This document shows positions 61,511 through 64,000 of a stretch of DNA of 64,000 bases, one piece after another (positions within the stretch are counted from its first letter, which is position 1; each line of letters opens with the position of its first letter). This DNA is from Opitutales bacterium (GTDB lineage: Bacteria > Verrucomicrobiota > Verrucomicrobiia > Opitutales > UBA2987). The notes under the pieces are model-generated. The model did not search any database. It was not told the origin of the DNA and was given only the letters and a program-made list of their open reading frames with translations. The DNA is taken from positions 20,667 through 84,666 of the forward strand of contig CBDDCJ010000029.1 in assembly GCA_965226205.1 (NCBI GenBank), written 5' to 3'. A program made the position numbers and the translations under genes.

Positions 61511-61686
61511 TGAATCCATGGATTACACCACAAACTCATCAGTCTAACCGCGAATGAACAACAATAAACGCGAATCATTTTTTGGAGGGTTTAGGATTAC
61601 GAAAAGATGTTAGGGCGTGTTAGTTCATTTTATGAATGAAGCTAATGCAGAAGGTATATTCGCGTTCATTGGTGTTCATTCGCGGT
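61511..61686. repeat. Palindromic element built from phased ATTCGCG-type heptamers
   Basis: ACCGCGAATGAACAACAATAAACGCGAATCA (61547-61577) faces ATTCGCGTTCATTGGTGTTCATTCGCGGT (61658-61686). There is also an AATCCATGGATT palindrome near 61513-61524. Confidence 0.65.
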
Positions 61687-62059
61687 AGTAAAATAGGGAG
61701 AAAATAGACGCTTTGTGTGATCAAGGAGATGAGAAACGCTGAGATATTTCGTAACTTCCTGATGGTCAAGGCAGGTTAATAAGAAATATTAAAATGAAAT
61801 TTTTTGAAAAAAAAGCTTGCGGCTTGAGAAGATTTGTGTTCTAATGTTCACTATTATGAGAAACCGATCTAAATCCCAATGTTTTGTAAAACCACAGATT
61901 TCGCGACTGCAGGCGGATGTAGCTAGGGCCATTGAGGCAAGGGCTGCTTGAATTTTTTCCATTTACGGCAACTTCTCGGGTAATCGAATGTCTGATTACC
62001 ACCTTGACCTCTTTACCTGCACTCCTATTAAGCTATAAGTTTAAAAAGAACTATTTAAG

Positions 62060-63058
62060 ATGCATTTCACAATAAACCGTTTTCTGATTCCGTGGGCATT
62101 GTCCACAGTGGCGTTTTTCACTCCGCTAGGCGCGCAAATCGTTCATAACATTTGGGAGCCTCCCTTGATACATGGCATCGCCGCAGTGGTTGAAGACCGT
62201 ATCATTACCTACGAGGAGATTCGCCGCCAAATGTCGCCCCTAATCGGGCGGATTCAGCAGGACTCCCGCAGCGCCGCTGAATTTCAGCGCAACATGGAGG
62301 AACTCTACCTCGAGGTTTTGCAGAGCCTTGTTGATAATATATTGGTCATCAAAGATTTTCAAAGCGAGGAAGAACGCGTCATCCCCCGTTCCTATGTTGA
62401 AAACGAATATGATCGCATTTTAATCGAGGATTTCGGCAACGACAGGCGCAAATTCCTGGAAAACCTGCGCAGCGAAGGCAAAAACCCGCGGGAATTTCGC
62501 AAGGAACTGGAAGAACAGATCATCGTCAGCGTGATGAATCAACAAATGCGCAAATCCCAGTCCGAAATCAGCCCGGAAAAAATTGAGGACTTTTACAACC
62601 AGAATAAAATCCATTTTTACCAGGAGGAAAGCGTTCATTTGCGCTTGATCATGCTTAAGCCTTTCGCCGACGAAAGCAGCGACCTGCTTCGACAAACGGC
62701 CGACAAAGTTATGGCGGAACTGGATTCAGAAGTGTCCTTCGCAAAAGTGGCGGAAAATTACAGCCAGGATTCCCGGCGCAAAAAAGGCGGCGATTGGGGT
62801 TGGATCAACCGCCCGGATTTGCGCGATGAATTAAGCGAAGTGGCCTTCTCGCTGAGTACGAAAACCTACAGCAAGCCGATTCCACTGGGCCAGCAATTTT
62901 ATATTTTGTATGTCGAAGACCGGCGCGATGAGGGAATCCAGCCCCTGGATGAAGTGCGCGACCGCATTGAAAACATTCTGGCTGGCAAGCTGGCCCGTCA
63001 GGCCCAAAAACGCTGGAAAGAACGTCTCCGCAAGAACGCTTTTGTCAAATATTACTGA
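62060..63058 (+). CDS. SurA/PpiD-like periplasmic chaperone with parvulin PPIase domain
   Basis: 332 aa with a signal-like N-terminus, a SurA-N-like region and a parvulin segment (HLRLIML...FAKVAENYSQDSRRKKGGDWGWI). Confidence 0.75.
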   Translation: MHFTINRFLIPWALSTVAFFTPLGAQIVHNIWEPPLIHGIAAVVEDRIITYEEIRRQMSPLIGRIQQDSRSAAEFQRNMEELYLEVLQSLVDNILVIKDFQSEEERVIPRSYVENEYDRILIEDFGNDRRKFLENLRSEGKNPREFRKELEEQIIVSVMNQQMRKSQSEISPEKIEDFYNQNKIHFYQEESVHLRLIMLKPFADESSDLLRQTADKVMAELDSEVSFAKVAENYSQDSRRKKGGDWGWINRPDLRDELSEVAFSLSTKTYSKPIPLGQQFYILYVEDRRDEGIQPLDEVRDRIENILAGKLARQAQKRWKERLRKNAFVKYY

Positions 63059-63532
63059 TGCCCGCCGGAAAACGAAATCAGGGCCGCCCCTGAATTTTCC
63101 GGTTTCTCCGGCCCGGCGGTTGAATAGGTTTGCCAAAAACGGATGGCGGCATATACGCTCCCAGCGGTTATGAACAAGCCCTGCACCGCCTCCCTGCGCC
63201 TGCGCGACCTGGCCGTCAACGAGCGCCCCCAGGAAAGATTGGAAAAACTCGGTCCCGCCGCGCTCAGCGATACGGAACTCCTCGCCATGTTGCTGCGCAG
63301 CGGAAGCAAAGACATGGACGTGCTTTCCCTCTCCTCCCGCATCATCTCCGAAGCCGGTTCCCTGGCCGGGCTCCTCACCTGGACGGATTCCGATTTTAAG
63401 AAACTCAAAGGGATCGGGCGGGTCAAGGCTTTGCAATTGATAACCGTCATGGAAATGGCCCGCCGCATCCTCTCGGACGACCGGGAAAATCCACCCAATT
63501 TTTCCAAACCGGAGGAGGTTTACCGCTATTTT

Positions 63533-63832
63533 AGAGGCTGTCCCAAAAACCCGAATTTTGCGAATTGAGATATTCGACTCCGAACTGTAAGGGAACGTAA
63601 GTCATTCAATTCCGTCAAAAACGCTGTATAAGGCCTCTATTCGTTATAAATATAATCGCGTCAGACAGAGGTCTATGGTAGAATTGTATTTGAATATGCA
63701 AAACAAGAGAAAGGCTGACGGTGTTATAGACATCGAATTTGCCCAAAATCCCCTAAAAACGGTCTTTATGACAGCTTTATTAACAAGTTAACTTACTGTA
63801 AAACAAATGGTTATAACTTTGGGACAGCCTCT
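63533..63832. mobile_element. 300-bp MITE, copy A4 (orientation as A3), TSD ATTTT (5 bp, or 4 bp with an ambiguous end)
   Basis: ATTTT at 63528-63532 and 63833-63837. Removing it restores the radC frame. Confidence 0.9.
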
Positions 63833-63939
63833 ATTTTACCCCATTGACCGTGGGTCTCGAGGTGGAGAAATTCTGGGTCCTCTGCCTCAACCGCAAAAAC
63901 CGCCTTATCAAACGCATAGAAGTTACCTCGGGCACGGCC

Positions 63940-64000
63940 ACCACCACCACCACCACCACCACCACCACCACCACCACCAGCAGCAGCAGCAGCAGCAGCA
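63940..64000. repeat. Microsatellite (ACC)13 followed by (AGC)7, running to the end of the window
   Basis: Direct reading of 63940-64000. Confidence 0.95.

Larger units (their letters stand above)
63143..64000 (+). pseudogene. radC: RadC-family protein split by a MITE; distal part replaced by trinucleotide repeats at the window edge
   Basis: ..LAVNERPQERLEKLGPAALSDTELLAMLLRSGS..GIGRVKALQL..PEEVYRYF | MITE | TPLTVGLEVEKFWVLCLNRKNRLIKRIEVTSGTA, followed by (ACC)13(AGC)7 instead of the JAMM motif region. Confidence 0.8.

Noticed and set aside
1-64000. CRISPR arrays, rRNA genes, a parS site near the parA-like gene, prophage structural genes
   Set aside because: I looked for regularly spaced direct repeats, rRNA-like conserved stretches and a TGTTTCACGTGAAACA-type palindrome while reading, and saw none. 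The absence rests on manual reading only.

Overview
This is a 64-kb stretch of bacterial chromosome. The gene content (sulfatases, ThuA, several Gfo/Idh/MocA oxidoreductases, gmd-fcl, an ECF sigma cluster) suggests a PVC-type polysaccharide degrader such as a Verrucomicrobia- or Planctomycetes-like organism; that is inference only. Ordinary genes are present: gmd, fcl, copA, fumC, a polyprenyl synthase, rnc, mfd, a parA-like gene, a SurA-like PPIase, tRNA-Val and tRNA-Cys.

These genes are interleaved with an unusually heavy load of mobile DNA:
- two copies plus one solo end of a 1.83-kb IS with AGAGGCTGTCCCAAAA termini
- four 300-bp MITEs with the same termini
- four IS1-family copies
- an IS5-family element carrying a nested IS1
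- one IS4-family, one IS200-type and one IS1380-family element
- two IS3 remnants and a 5'-truncated group II intron

By my own coordinate arithmetic this is roughly 14 kb, about a fifth of the window. At least 14 host genes are frameshifted, nonsense-mutated, truncated or split by insertions. They are a kdgK-like kinase, two sulfatases, uxuA, a penicillin-acylase-family gene, a glpQ-like gene, an HtrA-like protease, an Hpt/REC/STAS-like regulator, an RHS tip, radC, a secreted LamG/GH-like protein and others. Two of the frameshifts sit in A9/T9 runs and could be sequencing errors. The in-frame stops and the insertions cannot be.

The candidates most worth follow-up are:
1. An AT-rich island (about 56.7-62.1 kb) between mfd and the surA-like gene. 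It holds an uncharacterised two-gene cassette hit by three IS1 copies and an IS5-family element.
2. The IS1-family element. Its transposase frame needs a +1 shift (not the canonical -1) at an A8 run, and one copy is hard-wired to A7.
3. The IS/MITE family with shared termini and 4-bp target duplications.
4. A dispersed family of inverted arrays of heptamers phased at 10 bp in intergenic regions.

I saw no CRISPR array and no rRNA, and I cannot assign a function to any novel system from sequence alone.
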